From Octopus vulgaris (lineage: Eukaryota), in contig OX597815.1 in NCBI GenBank assembly GCA_951406725.2, positions 205,096,001 to 205,160,000 of the forward strand: 64,000 bases of DNA. The letters are read 5' to 3'. A program made the translations under genes and the position numbers. How positions within the stretch are numbered: position 1 is the stretch's first letter; every line of letters begins with the position of its first letter. The notes under the pieces are model-generated. The model made no database searches. It was not told where the DNA came from and worked only from the letters and a program-made list of their open reading frames with translations. Positions 11,255 to 25,840 of this stretch are shown piece after piece.

Positions 11255-11620
11255 TGTACATATGTATGTGTGTATGCATGCATGTATGTTTATATGTATG
11301 TATGTGTGTATGCATGCATGTATGTTTATATGTATGTATGTATGTATGTGTGTATGTATGTATGTATGTATGTGTGTGTATATGCATGCATGTGTGTTTA
11401 TATGTATGTATGTATGTATGCATGCATGTATGTATGTATATATGCATGTATGTATGTATGTATGTATGTATGTATGTATGTATGTATGTATGTGTGTATG
11501 TATGTACATATGAATGGATGGATGTAAGCGCGTGTATATAAAAATGTATGGATGTGTATATTTGAAAGTAAGTATGAATGCATTTGTGCATGTAGACATG
11601 AATGTATGTAAGTATGAATG

Positions 11621-11715
<95 letters not shown>

Positions 11716-11800
11716 ACAGAAAGCCAGATAAACATAGATAAACAGAAAGACAGACAGACAGGTTAGATGGGTAGGTAGGTAGGTAGGTAGGTAGGTAGGT
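11255..11800. repeat. (TATG)n, (GATA)n and (GGTA)n microsatellites
   Basis: Direct reading. Confidence 0.95.
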
Positions 11801-12118
11801 ATGCATATCTGTATGCATGTATGAGCATGTATATGTATATGCGTATGTATTATAAATGGATGGATGTATGTATTAAATTTCACCTCAAGGAATTCGAGGA
11901 AGGGGTAAGCAAATGAGCGACAGAATGAGGAATAACGGTTTAAGAAGAAAAAAAAATTGATGTGCAAGTACGTCTGTGTGCAGAAGTGTCTGTGTATGAA
12001 CCTCTGCGTGTACTTAAAAAGTGTTTATTATAAGATCAACCGACAAGGTAGTTTAATCGCTTAGAAATAGCAGCCAACATCCCTTATATGAAACACTAAC
12101 ATTAGATAGTCCTAGATA

Positions 12119-12722
12119 AGGCGGCGAGTTGGCAGAATCGTTAGCACGTCGGGCGAAATGCTTAGTTGCATTTCGTCTGCCGCTAAGTTCTGAGTTCAAA
12201 TTCCGCCGAGGTCGACTTTGCCTTTCATTCTTTCGCGTTCGATTAAATAAGTACCAGTTACGCACTGGGGTCGATATAATCGACTTAATCCGTTTGTCTG
12301 TCCCTGTTTGTCTCCTCTATGTTTAGCTCCTTGTGGGCAATAAAGAAATGTTAGCACGCCGGGTGAAGTGCTGAGTGGTATTTCGTCTGCCGCTGCGTTC
12401 TGAGTTCAAATTCGCCGATGTCGACTTTTCCTTTCATCCTTTCGGTGTCGATAGATTAAGTACCAGTTGCGCACTGGGGTCGATGTAATCGACTTAATAC
12501 CTTTGTCTGTCCTTGTTTGTCCTCTCTGTATTTGGCCCCTTGTGGGTAGTAAAGAAATAGGTATTTCGTCTGTCCTATGTTCTGAGTTCAAATTCCGCCG
12601 TGGTCCACGCTTTGCTTTTCATCCTTTCGAGGCTGATAAAATAAGTACCGGTTGAATCCTGGATTCTATGTAATCGAATTTACCTGTTTCCCGAACCTGC
12701 TGGCCTGGTGCCAAAAATTGAC
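12119..12722 (+). mobile_element. SINE family B, head-to-tail trimer
   Basis: Head GGCGGCGAGTTGGCAGAATCGTTAGCAC (box A-like), box B AGTTCAAATTCC, core GTCGACTTTGCCTTTCATCC..GATAAATAAGTACCAG present three times; tail AAAGAAAT. Confidence 0.9.
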
Positions 12723-13055
12723 ATAAAAAATAGTCCTAGGTGCATTAATTCCGAAATAAGTCTGGAGAGTCATAGCTGGAATGTCTTTTAGTTTGTTTTT
12801 TTTTCTTCAGTTAGAGCTGACCTGGAGCTAAATAACTTGTGATAGATGGAGTACTATTTTATATGTGTGTATATGTTTATGTGTACAGACATACACACAT
12901 ATGTATGTATGTATGCATGTGTGTGAGTCTGTGACGCGCTTATAGACAGATTCAGAGGTCATTATGAGTCTGTTTACAAGCCTTAAACTTACGGGCATGC
13001 GTGCAAAATCCGTCTACATACGTTTGTCGAGGGAAATATACACAAGCACACACAT

Positions 13056-13107
<52 letters not shown>

Positions 13108-13389
13108 TCGTACACTTACAGACACATGTACACATTGAGTATGTTCATTTCTGGAACGTATCTGTGTATGTATAGTATGCAACATAAATATATAAATATT
13201 GCAGATAAGCGGATAACTCTGTGAGTGTGTATATGTGTATGCATGTGCGCGTGAGCGTGTGGCTATGTGTAGAAGTAACGTAGAAAATTTTTATGCATCC
13301 TTCGAAGGGACTCAAATTCTATAATACCTACACCGAAGTCTCCATCCCAACATCGTTACTGGTGCCTATTTTGGTAATATAACATCCTC

Positions 13390-13423
<34 letters not shown>

Positions 13424-13558
13424 GTTAATGTGTGTGTGGGTATATTAAATATATACATATATATATATATAAATGTATAAATATATTTGTTTACAAAGAT
13501 ATATAAACGATGGATAGAAACGTACATACGTACATACACATATATACACGTATGCATA

Positions 13559-13641
<83 letters not shown>

Positions 13642-13647
13642 ATACCG

Positions 13648-13755
13648 AATACTAAGTAATTAAGGGTTTAGCAACGATTTGCCTCTTTGACTGCTATTTC
13701 TAAATTCGGTGTGTGGCGAGGCAAATCGTTGCTAAACCCTTAATTACTTAGTATT
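13648..13755. repeat. Fold-back element (family P3), 38-bp perfect arms, embedded in (TATC)n
   Basis: 13648-13685 is the exact reverse complement of 13718-13755; same family as 17665-17811. Confidence 0.9.
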
Positions 13756-13756
13756 A

Positions 13757-13844
<88 letters not shown>

Positions 13845-13862
13845 ATATATATATATATATAT

Positions 13863-14019
13863 ATATACTTTATTTAAAGCAGCAGAAAATTCAACATAAC
13901 CTGTTACTCTGAGTTTCACATTGTTGAATTTTCTGCTGCTTTAAATAAAGTATATTACTCTACCACTGGTATTTGAGTACTCTTTTTTCCACCTTGTTTC
14001 ACATTTATGTGTTTACTCC

Positions 14020-14021
<2 letters not shown>
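13863..14021 (+). mobile_element. Fold-back element family P2, 34-bp perfect arms, embedded in (TA)n
   Basis: 13863-13896 versus 13922-13955; the loop carries the reverse complement of the HHR 3' half, GTGAAACTCAGAGTAACAGG. Confidence 0.8.
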
Positions 14022-14092
<71 letters not shown>

Positions 14093-14127
14093 GTGTGTAT
14101 GTGTATATAAATGTGCATGTGTGAGTA

Positions 14128-14333
14128 TGGCAGAACCGTTAGCATGCCGGGCGAAATGCGTAGCTGTTACGTTCTGAGTTCAAATTCCGCCGAGGTCGAC
14201 TTTGCCTTTCATCCTTCTCGGTTGTCGATAAATTAAGTACCAGTTACGCACTGGGTCGATGTAATCGACTTAGTTCGTTTGTCTGTCCTTGTTTGTCCCC
14301 TGTATGTTTAGCCCCTTGTGGGTAATAAAGAAA
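14128..14333 (+). mobile_element. SINE family B
   Basis: Homology to 12119-12348. Confidence 0.9.
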
Positions 14334-14813
14334 CATATACATATATATACATACATACATACAAATGTGTGTTTTTATGAACCCTACTCATTCATCCACT
14401 CCTCTCACCCCCCCCCCACCGTTGGCTGCCGCCGCCACCGCTTATATTGACTAAGCGACAGCTTTTGCCGTTGTCGCCATCACTATTAACATCAACATCA
14501 ACATCCCCTGCCCAACTCCGGTAGACACACACACACACGTACACACACACACATGCGCACACACACACACGTACACACACGCGCACACACGCACGCGCGC
14601 ACAGAAACCTACATCCCCTTCTCCTTCATCAAAGGCCTTTCCGTTCTCCTCCTCCTACAACTCTCGTCTCCTAGAGACGCAGTAGAAGTAGTAGCAGAAG
14701 CAATAGCATCTGTTGTAGCATTCAGAGAAAGAGAGGGAGAGAGATGCACCCTTATAGAGAGAGGGAGAGAAAAAGATAGAGATAGAGATAGAGAAAGGCA
14801 GAGAGTAAAAAAG

Positions 14814-14850
<37 letters not shown>

Positions 14851-15102
14851 TGAGACAGATGGACGGACTGTCTGAAAACATACGTGTGCGAATAGACACG
14901 CACCGACGCGCGTACACATATATATATAGACACATACATACACACACATTATAAAGAGAGAGAGGTCTATATGCATACATATACGTATAACAACGATATA
15001 CAGATGTGCATGTATATATATATATATATATGTATGTATGTGTGCGTGTGTGTGTGTGTGTGTGCACGTGCGTGTGAGTGTGCGTGTAGTGGGAGGGGGT
15101 TA

Positions 15103-15502
15103 AGAACGCCGGGCGAAATGTTCAGTGGTATTTCGTCTGCCGTTACGTTCTGGGTTCAAATTCCGCCGAGGTCGACTTTGCCTTTCATCCTTTCGGGGGT
15201 CGATAAATTAAGTACCAGTTACGCACTGGGGACGATGTAATCGACTTAATACAATAACTATGTATGTTCTTGTTTGTCCCCTCTGTGTTTAGCTCCTTGT
15301 GGGTTGTAAAGAAATAGGTATTTCGTCTGTCCGTTACGTTCTGAGTTCAAATTCCGCCGAGGTCGACTTTGCCTTTCATCCTTTCGGGGTCGATAAATTA
15401 AGTACCAGTTACGCACTGGGGTCGATGTAATCGACTTAATACCCTTGTCTGTCCTTGTTTGTCCCCTCTGTGTTTAGCCCCTTGTGGGGTAATAAAGAAA
15501 TA
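15103..15502 (+). mobile_element. SINE family B head-to-tail dimer
   Basis: Two units of about 187 bp joined at AAAGAAATA|GGTATTTCG (15316/15317). Confidence 0.9.
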
Positions 15503-15719
15503 TGTGTGTGTGTGTGTGTGTGTGTGTGGCTCCGAAGATTCGACCACACGCCGTGGAAAATCGCAAAGGCTACCCGGATCGGCCGAAAATAAAATTACAC
15601 TCGTTTGCGGTATTGAGTACACATTCCCCCTTTCGTAATGACCTACGAATACGCACACGCGCGTGCATTCACACACAAACACTCACGCATATGAATACAC
15701 ACACATATACACAAGCGCA

Positions 15720-16160
15720 TATATGTATACGTGTGTGCGTATGTGTGTTTGTATATGTGTATGCGTGTGTATGTATGTGTATGCGTGTGTGTATATCTAT
15801 GCGTGTGTGTGTATGTTTGTGTGTGTATGTGTATGCGTGTGTATCTGTTTGCGTGTGTGTGTATGTGTATATGTATGCGTGTGTGTGTATGTGTATGCGT
15901 GTGTGTGTATGCGTGTGTATGCGTATGTATGTGTATGCGTGTGTGTATGTGTGTATGCGTGTGTGTGTATGTGTATGCGTGTGTGTGTATGTGTATGCGT
16001 GTGTGTGTACGCGTGTGTGTATGTGTATGCGTGTGTATGTATGCGTGTCTGTGTGTATGTGTATGCGTGTCTGTGTATGCGTATGCGTGTCTGTGTGTGT
16101 GTGTATGCGTGTGTGTGTGTATGTGTATGCGTGTGTGTGTGTATGTGTATGCGTGTGTGT
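15720..16160. repeat. (TG)n/(TGTATGCG)n compound microsatellite
   Basis: Direct reading. Confidence 0.95.
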
Positions 16161-16598
16161 TTGAGTCTGTGGATAATGTTAGGAGTAAAACTCTTATGGA
16201 ATAACAAAAGATATTTCACCGCATGCACGCGTGCGTGTGTATATGTATGGCACATTAGGCTCTCGTTCGTATAAGGCGTGTGTGTGCATTGCATATGCGT
16301 ATATATGTACGCGCGCGTGTGCGTGCTCATGTATGTGTGTGTGTATGTGCTTATATGGAGATACGCGCGCGTATGTGTGTATGTGTATGTGCGTGTGTGT
16401 ATGTGTGTGTGTGTACGTGCGCGTGGTAATAGAAGGGGCGTCAGAGAACATGGCTGGTGACGGTGGCCAGGTGCAAACGCTATCAAAGTTCCTCCAACTG
16501 CTGCTGTTCGTGCTGCTGTTGCTATCACTCCTGCTGCTGCCGCTGCTGGTGTTACTCTCGGCTGCTGCTACTGCTGCCGCCGCCGCCGCCGCTGCTGT

Positions 16599-16632
<34 letters not shown>

Positions 16633-17289
16633 GCCGCCGCCGCTGCTGCTGCCGCCATACTCTCTCACTTTACCTCTCAACACTACTCCAGTTGGGATTT
16701 CCCTTTTCCTGATCATCTGGTTTTTATTTGTAAATTCATCTTCCACTTACAACCGAAAGTAAGTTTTTTCTTAATCAATTTCTTCCATTTTCTATTATTA
16801 TTACATTATTTTTCATCTTTATTTTTCTGTTTGCTTGTGTCGTCTGTTCAGATTCTTTTGTCTCTGTCTCTCATTATCTCTCTCTCTCTCTCTTTCAGTT
16901 TCTCTCTCTCTCATTCAGTTTCTCTCTCTCTCCCTCCTTTTGTTTCTCATTCTCTCTGTGTCTGCCTGTCTCTCTCTCTCTCCCTCTCTCTCTCCCTCGC
17001 TCTCTCTCTATCTCTCCCTGTCTGTCCGTCTGTATGTCTGTCTACTTTCTCTTCTACACTTCCTTTCATACGTTCGTTCTTTCTTTCTTTCTTTCTTCTG
17101 TTTGTTTTACTCTTATTTTTATTGTCTTTATTTATGTGTGGTGGTGGTGGGGAGGATAAGACAGAAGTGGAAAGATAGCTTTGTAACTCACCTGGCTGCA
17201 CCAGTTTATTAATATAATCTCAAGTAGCCAGATTAACTAGAAAATAAAAACAAAGCGTAAGATACACATATATATATATATATGTGTGT

Positions 17290-17497
17290 ATAATGTGACC
17301 TCGTGTGTACCGTTGGCGATTTTTTTCCCCTCTGTCTTCCCTTCTCTGGATCTTTCCTTCTCCCATGTTTCCGACGAAGAGCTCCGCTCGAAACGTTAAA
17401 CCCTCCTTCTTCCCTTCCTTCCTGAGCGTCCAATAATACTATATTTGCTCCACGTCCTCGCGTTGTTGTGTTTTTTTGTGCTTTCATGTTTGGATTA

Positions 17498-17502
<5 letters not shown>
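17290..17502 (+). mobile_element. (TA)n-abutting Penelope terminal-repeat-like fragment (family P1)
   Basis: Pyrimidine-rich, carries an HHR motif followed by GAGCGTC...CGTCCTCGCGTTGT; homologous to 53566-53750 and 26960-27090 (minus). Confidence 0.7.
17367..17401 (+). ncRNA. Minimal hammerhead motif (U4C, no helix III)
   Basis: GTTT-CCGACGA-A-GAGC tcc GCTC-GAAA-CG-TT-AAAC. Confidence 0.6.
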
Positions 17503-17562
<60 letters not shown>

Positions 17563-17664
17563 ATAATAAAGGGTGAAATTAATTAATTTAGAAATAATCA
17601 TTAATTTCACCAAGTAGAGTTCGGTATGTAAAAGACCCATTCAAGGAAGGTTTAAGTAATACTA

Positions 17665-17806
17665 ATTAATTAAGGGTTCAGCAACGATTTGCCTCACCAC
17701 ATACCGAATGTAGAAATAGCAGTCAAAAAGAAAGAATAGCCAAAACTTTTTGACTGCTATTTCTAAATTCGGTATGTGGTGAGGCAAATCGTTGCTGAAC
17801 CCTTAA

Positions 17807-17811
<5 letters not shown>
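17665..17811. repeat. Fold-back element family P3, 66-bp arms (1 mismatch), flanked by (TA)n
   Basis: 17665-17730 versus 17746-17811; the element extends left to about 17561. Confidence 0.9.
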
Positions 17812-17869
<58 letters not shown>

Positions 17870-18161
17870 TATATATAATTACGGAGCAAGATAGTGTGAG
17901 AGTGAGGGGGAGCAAGAGAGTCTGAGAGAAAGTGTGTGGGGGAAAGAGAGACGGTGTTAGAGTGAGAAAGACTGAAGAAAAGAGACAGTGTAAGAGTCAG
18001 AGAGAGAGAGAGAGAGAGGGAGTGGGAGAGACGGTGCAAGATTGTGGGGGAAGATTCAGTAATCAAGTGAAAGAAATACAGTGAAATAGCGAGAAAGTAT
18101 GTCGGATTTGGTAAGAATGAGAATCGGAATGAGAGAAAAACACGGAATAAGTAAGAAAGAG

Positions 18162-18198
<37 letters not shown>

Positions 18199-18421
18199 AA
18201 GGAAGGAAAGAAAGAAGGAAGGAAGGAGAGAAAGAGGGAAGGAAGGAAGAGCCGGTGCCATTGGAAGTTATTCTTAAAATAGACGTTTAAGTTTTTCAAC
18301 ATTAATCCGTAGCAACAGGCTCGCACTGGATTTGAAAGGCGAGATGAATTAATTGCATGGAAACCAAAATAACAAACTTGAAGAACCTTTCACAAGAAAT
18401 CATCTCTTGCGAAAGAATTAT

Positions 18422-18469
<48 letters not shown>

Positions 18470-18844
18470 GTGTGTGTGTGCATTATATGTGTACTTTGTA
18501 TGTGTGTGTGTGTGTACCGTTATGTACGTAAAGTACACAATTTATGTAAATTTAATATGAGGAATACTACGCGATAGTCATTCTTAGTTACTACAAAACT
18601 TGCAGACAAAACTCTTTCGGATTTGGACTCCATGTGTTTTGTGTACATAAAGGAAGAAGAAGAAAAACAAACAACAACAAGAGATGGATGCATCGAAGGA
18701 TAAATGTATATCTTTCGTAATCTCCAAGTTACAGCAATACCCGGCTGAACGATGTGATGGTCACGACTGGGATATGAAATTGTGAATAAAATCAACACAT
18801 ACACACATATGTATATACAGATATACACACTATCTATCTATCTA

Positions 18845-18922
<78 letters not shown>

Positions 18923-18939
18923 CGTCCGTCCGTCCGTCC

Positions 18940-19074
<135 letters not shown>

Positions 19075-19570
19075 GTATATATGCGTGTGTGTATATATAT
19101 TAATTTGTATATACATACATACACACACATACACATATACACACACGTATGTATGCATGTATGTGTGTGCGTTGTTATCGCACAGACCTTGCCGTCCAAC
19201 TTTTATTTATCGTTCTGATGCAGTATTCCAGCAGCTTTTATGCATCTTTGTTCTCTTCCATATAATAAAGCACTTGAGAAGCTTTTAATTAAACGATTCC
19301 GTGCACTTGCTATCGGAATTCGCCAGATCCACTTTGCTTTTTGCTTTCTTTATTTTTTCTTTCATACTTGGTTTACTATTTTCGATTGTTTTGATTTTAG
19401 ACGTGTAATGCTTTCATAGTGACCTCTGGATTTATTTAAACACTATATTTAAAGTTAGATGCCTTTGTTTTGACACACATCAATAACTTACTTTCACATA
19501 ATTCCGGAATATGCACATACATGGAGCCATTCTCTCTAACTATCTCTCTCTCTCTGTCTCTGTCTCTCTG

Positions 19571-19632
<62 letters not shown>

Positions 19633-20714
19633 CGCGGTCGTTCGAGCTGGTAGAAATAGCAGCCAAAAATACCCCTACTGTTGCTTTTGTTTTTAAAAAC
19701 AGGCTACACAGGAAAGTATAGTCTTACGTATACACAAAAAACGGGATGGTCATAACTGGAATGCTTTTGAACGTATACCCCCACTTTTTGTGTTTTTTAA
19801 GGACCACATTGTCTTACATATACACAAAAGATAGGTTGGGCATTAGTGGTTTGCTTTTCATCATATACACTGCTTCTTGTGTTTTTGAGGGACACATTGG
19901 AAAGTACTGTCTTAGATATACCCCAAAGATGGGATAGTCATAAATGGATTGCTTTTAAATATAAGTATGCTCGATTGTGGCTGGCTTAGGGCTTACCATC
20001 AACAAACAATGGATTCGAGCTGGATTCGGTGAATAGATCTACATAAGGAAAGAAAGAAAGGCTCTTTTATTTAGTCTTTGGCTCCATATGAAATACACAC
20101 ACACAAAATTATACACACATACGCGCACGCACACACAAACGCAAACACATACAAACATGCACACGTATGTGTGTGTGTGTGTTTATGTGTGCGTGCGTGC
20201 GCGCGCGCGTGTGCCAGCTGCTGTCTTTAATATATACATTAAAATGTGACATCGAATAAATAGGATTTCGAATGGGGTAAATCGTGGCTGAGAACGTCTA
20301 CTAACACTTCTCACTTGAAATATCTTTGTTTTGTATTCCGGCATCTGAAAAAATAAATGGATAAATAAACTGATTGATTTAATTAAATTAAGCTGAATTT
20401 AAAAGTAAATAAAAATAAATCAAAGTCCAGGTTTTGTGTCAGCCGTAAAATGCATTAAATGAAGGCCGGCAGAGAGAGAATAAATTAGTAAGAATGTTGT
20501 TAACAGGACTGTTGCACGCAGCCCAATCCTTAAGTTCCAGTTTTCGCCGGCGGCTGCTGCTGCTACTACTACTACTACTTCTGCTAAATAATGATAATAA
20601 TGATAATGATTTCATTAACCACAGGAGTAGTGATGAGGGGAACATCCTAAGGACAGTCTAGTATTTGTGTGGGGGTTTACAGAGGAGATAAGGGATCTTT
20701 ACCTCTTGAGATAA

Positions 20715-21019
20715 GGAGTAAGACGTGTGGCTGTGTGGTACGAAATTCGCTTCCCAACCACATGGTTCTGAGTTCAGTCTCATTGCGTGGCACCTTGGGC
20801 AAGTGTCTTCTACTATAGCCTCGGGTTATGTTACTATAGCCTCGACCAAAGCCTTATGAGTGGATTTGGTTGACGGAAAACCAAAATAAACCCGTCGTAT
20901 ATGTGCGCGCGTGTGTGTTTGTGTGCGTGTCTTTGTATCTGTTTGTCCCGCAATCACCGCTTGACAACCGCTGTTGGTGTGTTTACGTCCTCCGTAACTT
21001 AGCAATTCGGCAAAAAGAG
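20715..21019 (+). mobile_element. SINE family A, older and 3'-truncated
   Basis: Homology to 1204-1500. Confidence 0.85.
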
Positions 21020-21169
21020 AAGGGCTATAATGAAAGAACTCAACAGATGCTGGATTACCCTGACGACCAAAGCACGAGCGCTACCTTTTAATAGTTCCAC
21101 AAGGGCCTTTTCATAGATTTGATAAAATCATTATACGCGAGGAATATTATGTAAAAATATGTATTGTGT

Positions 21170-21328
21170 GCGTATGTATGCATGTATGTATGAATGTATG
21201 TATGTATGAATGTATGAATGTATGTATGTATGAATGTATGTATGTGTGTATGTATGTATGTATGTATGTATGTATGAATGTATGTATGTATGTATGTATG
21301 TATGTATGTATGTATGTATGAATGTATG

Positions 21329-21362
<34 letters not shown>

Positions 21363-21750
21363 TGTATGTATGTATTATGTATGTATGTATTATGTATGTA
21401 TGTATGAATGTATGTATGAATGTATGTATGTATGTATGTATGTATTATGTTTGTATGTATGTATGTATGTGTGTATGTATGAATGTATGTATGAATGTAT
21501 GTATGTATGTATGTATGTATGTATGTATGCATGTATGTATGTATGTATGTTTGTATGCATGTATGTATGTATTATTATGTATGTATGCATGCATGCATGT
21601 ATGTATGTATGTATGTATGTATGTATGTATGCATGTATGTATGTTTGTATGTATGTATGTATGTATGCATGTATGTATGTATGCATGTATGTATGTATTA
21701 TGTATGTATATATGTATGTGTGTGTGTGTATGCATGTATGTATGTATGTG
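21170..21750. repeat. (TATG)n microsatellite, about 580 bp
   Basis: Direct reading. Confidence 0.95.
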
Positions 21751-22254
21751 AGACCGCCTAACGTTTTTCATTGGTTACACGGACCTACCCAAAATATTGG
21801 TAGATACAAGGTCGAAAAAGCATCGCCTGTTTACATCGAGTGAATAGGTGAAATACACGAAAATAAACAGCAGAAAATAATTTGGTCCCTAATAAGCAGC
21901 AAACATATAAATATATACATATATATACTGCATAATCAAATATACTCCTCTTCAAAACAGTTACTTCACCTGCTTTGTGCTGTTTGAGGTAATTCATGTA
22001 TGACGTCACATGTTTGACTTAGAATTACGGAGTGCCTTATGATATCTAGTTTCGTTCTGCTACGTTTTCACTTTAAGTCCCGTCAGCTATATATTTCTTT
22101 CTCTACTCGTTCGATAGCATCAGTAGTACCAGTGAAGTACTAAGCTCAACTAAGATGACTGCATGCTTCTTAATTTATAGCCATCATTTTCTACCGGATG
22201 GATCCACCATTATTAGCCATCCAGCTTACTACAGCTGTATTATCTTTATCTTTT

Positions 22255-22521
22255 AGCTACCACTCGTTTCAGTCACTGGACTGCGACCAGGCTGGGGCAC
22301 AGCCTTGAAGGGTTTAAGTTAAAGAAATCGACCCCAGTACTAACTTTGTAAAGCTTTGGTATTTAATCCCTCGGTCTCTTTTGCCAATTCGCTGAGTTAC
22401 GAGGTCGTAAACAAGCGAACACCGGTTGTCAAGCGATGATGGGAACACACTATCACAGACTCAGATAAATATAGATACCCACATCTATGTATGTAAGCAT
22501 GTATGTATGTATGTATGTATG

Positions 22522-22557
<36 letters not shown>

Positions 22558-22965
22558 TGTATGTATGTATATGTATATGTGTATGTATGTATGTATGTAT
22601 GTATGTATGTATGTATGTATCTATGTATGTATGAACGACGGGCTTTTTTCAGTTTCCGTCTACCAAATCCACTCATAAGGCTTTGGTCGGCCTGGGGCTA
22701 TAATAGAAGACACTTGCCCAAGGTACCACGCAGTGGGACTGAACCTAGAACCATCTTTTACTTGTTCCAGTCATTAAACTGCGGCCATGCTGGGGCACCG
22801 CCTTGAATTTTTAGTCGAATGTATCGATCCCATTTACTTTTTATAAGCCTGGTAATTATTTCATCGGTCTCTTACCAAACCGCTAAGTTATGCGGACGTA
22901 AACACACCAGCACCGATTTGTCAAGTGGTGGTAGTGGTTGGGGGGACGAACACAGACACACAAAT
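22255..22965 (-). mobile_element. Two adjacent older SINE family A copies (22255-22753 and 22755-22965)
   Basis: Homology to family A tail and head. Confidence 0.8.
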
Positions 22966-23321
22966 ATATATATGTGTTTGTTTGTGTGTGTGTGTGTGTG
23001 TGTGATCGAGTCACACCAACACAACCAACTCAACCTAAAACCATGTTTCGATGCAAGGAATTCATTATTTGGTTGCATTCACAGAATCAGTCGAGTGCAG
23101 ACCATATGCATTTCGGTTGCTTTAGCTCCGTCTATCTAAAAACGGAATTCAAATCATACCAACGTTAGCATTTACCCACCTGGGGTAGATAAAAAAAAAT
23201 GTACCAATAATATATTGTGGTCACATGTTGTTATTGTCCCAGATTTGCGTGTGTGTGTGTGTGAGTGTATGAATGTATGTATGTTTGTATGTATATCTGT
23301 ATGTATGTACGCATGTATGTG

Positions 23322-23682
<361 letters not shown>

Positions 23683-24215
23683 TCCTTTTAAGACGATAAG
23701 AAGTATGATTTGAGGCGATTTGGCTTCAATTTCTAGCCGGTCGATCGACCGCGTAGATACTCCGTTACGTACTCTTCGCGTGTTCTCGTTACTTTTAATG
23801 CCTACAATCGTTTATAAGGTTATATTTATCTCTCGTCCATGGATCTAATTTCATAATTTGCAGCAGATTTTCTGAGCCTTCCAGCTTCGTTCCTCGTGTG
23901 TTTACATCGCGATAATGTTACCACATGCAGACTTGTTTAGCCCCCAGTTCAACAACCCTCATCGAGCATAATTATAACCACATTTTAACTACGAACATCC
24001 CGTACTTATTTGTATTATTTTTCAAGAGAATGGTGTGCCTAGGACTACATAATCCAATGTTTCCTTTCTCGAAGACGGCAAGCGAGGCATGAGTTAAGAT
24101 TTTGCTGCTATTTCTAGCCCCTCGAGTAGCCACATGTAGGCTCCCTCGTTATAGTTACAATTTTGTTTTAGGTTTGGGTAACGTGTACACAACTTGACGT
24201 AAATGTGTGTTTGTG

Positions 24216-24252
<37 letters not shown>

Positions 24253-24427
24253 ATGCATAAATATACATGTGCGTGTATATATGCACATATACATACGTAT
24301 ATATTTATGAATATGTCTGTGTATTTGTGGTTGTATATATATAAATCTCTACGTATGTATGCATGTATATGTACATGTATGCATATTTTCACACATCATG
24401 CATAAATGTGTATACATACATACATAC

Positions 24428-24481
<54 letters not shown>

Positions 24482-24487
<6 letters not shown>

Positions 24488-24736
24488 TAATGAGGGGAGA
24501 TAAATTAATATTAATTTAATTAACATCAATTGGTTGATCAATTGGTTGGTGATCTATTTCTAGCATACGGCCGACTACCTAGTGGTCTTGTCCTTTGAAT
24601 ATACACATGTATATATTTTTATGTCTAGTTGTGGTGTCCTGTACTCACGTATATATATTTATATATGCATGTATATATACATGTAGATGTAGGTACGTAC
24701 ATATGTTTGTATGTATGCATATATTTTATTTATTAC

Positions 24737-24740
<4 letters not shown>
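24482..24740 (+). mobile_element. (TA)n-embedded element (family P5); 3' part shared with 48050-48160
   Basis: TTGTGGTGTCCTGTACTCACGTATATAT...GTAGATGTAGGTACGTAC...TATTTTATTTATTACA at both loci. Confidence 0.7.
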
Positions 24741-24779
<39 letters not shown>

Positions 24780-25306
24780 GTTTGTGTGTGGTGTGTGTGT
24801 GTATATATGCATATATAAACACTTCATGCGTAAATAGATACATACATGTATGTGTATATATGTGTGTGTGTTTGTGTGTGTGTGTGTGCACGTGTATTCG
24901 AGTGTGTGTGTGTGTGTGTTTTGTTGAGGGTGGGGGTATCTGCATGTGTGTTTAGCGTGCGTTATGAGTGAGTGTTTATGTTTGTGTTCTACACATCATT
25001 ATACACACTTCTATTTTTCTGGTATGTCGGCCGCTTTGCAACTGTTGATATTTTTGGGGTGGGGGGGATGAAGGCATGAAAAAAAAAAAGTAAAGCAATC
25101 TGACTGAGGTGTGGGAGGAGACGAAGTGAAAAGGTGGAAGGAGGAAAGAAAGAGAAAGAGAGAGAATGGTGGTGGTGGTGGTGGTGGTGGTGAGGGGGTG
25201 GGGTGGGGTGGGGACCCGTGCCCCCAAAACGATGAAGATAAAAGTGGCATGGAAAGTATAAGTGCATAAAGTGAGCGATGGTTAAAAGGCAGCATGGGAT
25301 GATGAC

Positions 25307-25339
<33 letters not shown>

Positions 25340-25451
25340 AATGATGATGATGATGATGATGATCATGATGATGAAAGCCGTGTAGCGTAGTGGGGTGATG
25401 GTGGTGGCGATGGTAGCGGTGGCTGTTGTAGTATGCAAATAATTTGTTTAC

Positions 25452-25493
<42 letters not shown>

Positions 25494-25516
25494 CACACAC
25501 ACACACGCACTCACGC

Positions 25517-25547
<31 letters not shown>

Positions 25548-25797
25548 TATATATATATATATACATATATATATACATATATACACACACACACACACAC
25601 ACGCGCGCATATATATATACATATATCTGTGTGGGTGTGTGTGTATAAGAATTTCGACCTTGTCAGATGTCAATGTGTTTTGGTTGTATACATTTTACAT
25701 TTAATGGTAAATAAAGATTCTGTAATGTGCGTGTGCGAGTGAGTGAGAGACAGACAGAGACAGAGACAGACAGACAGACAGACTGTGTGTGTATGTG

Positions 25798-25840
<43 letters not shown>

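Noticed and set aside
12119-12722. Regularly repeated units suggesting a CRISPR-like array
   Set aside because: Units are SINE bodies of about 190 bp without unique spacers, in a eukaryotic context with no cas genes.
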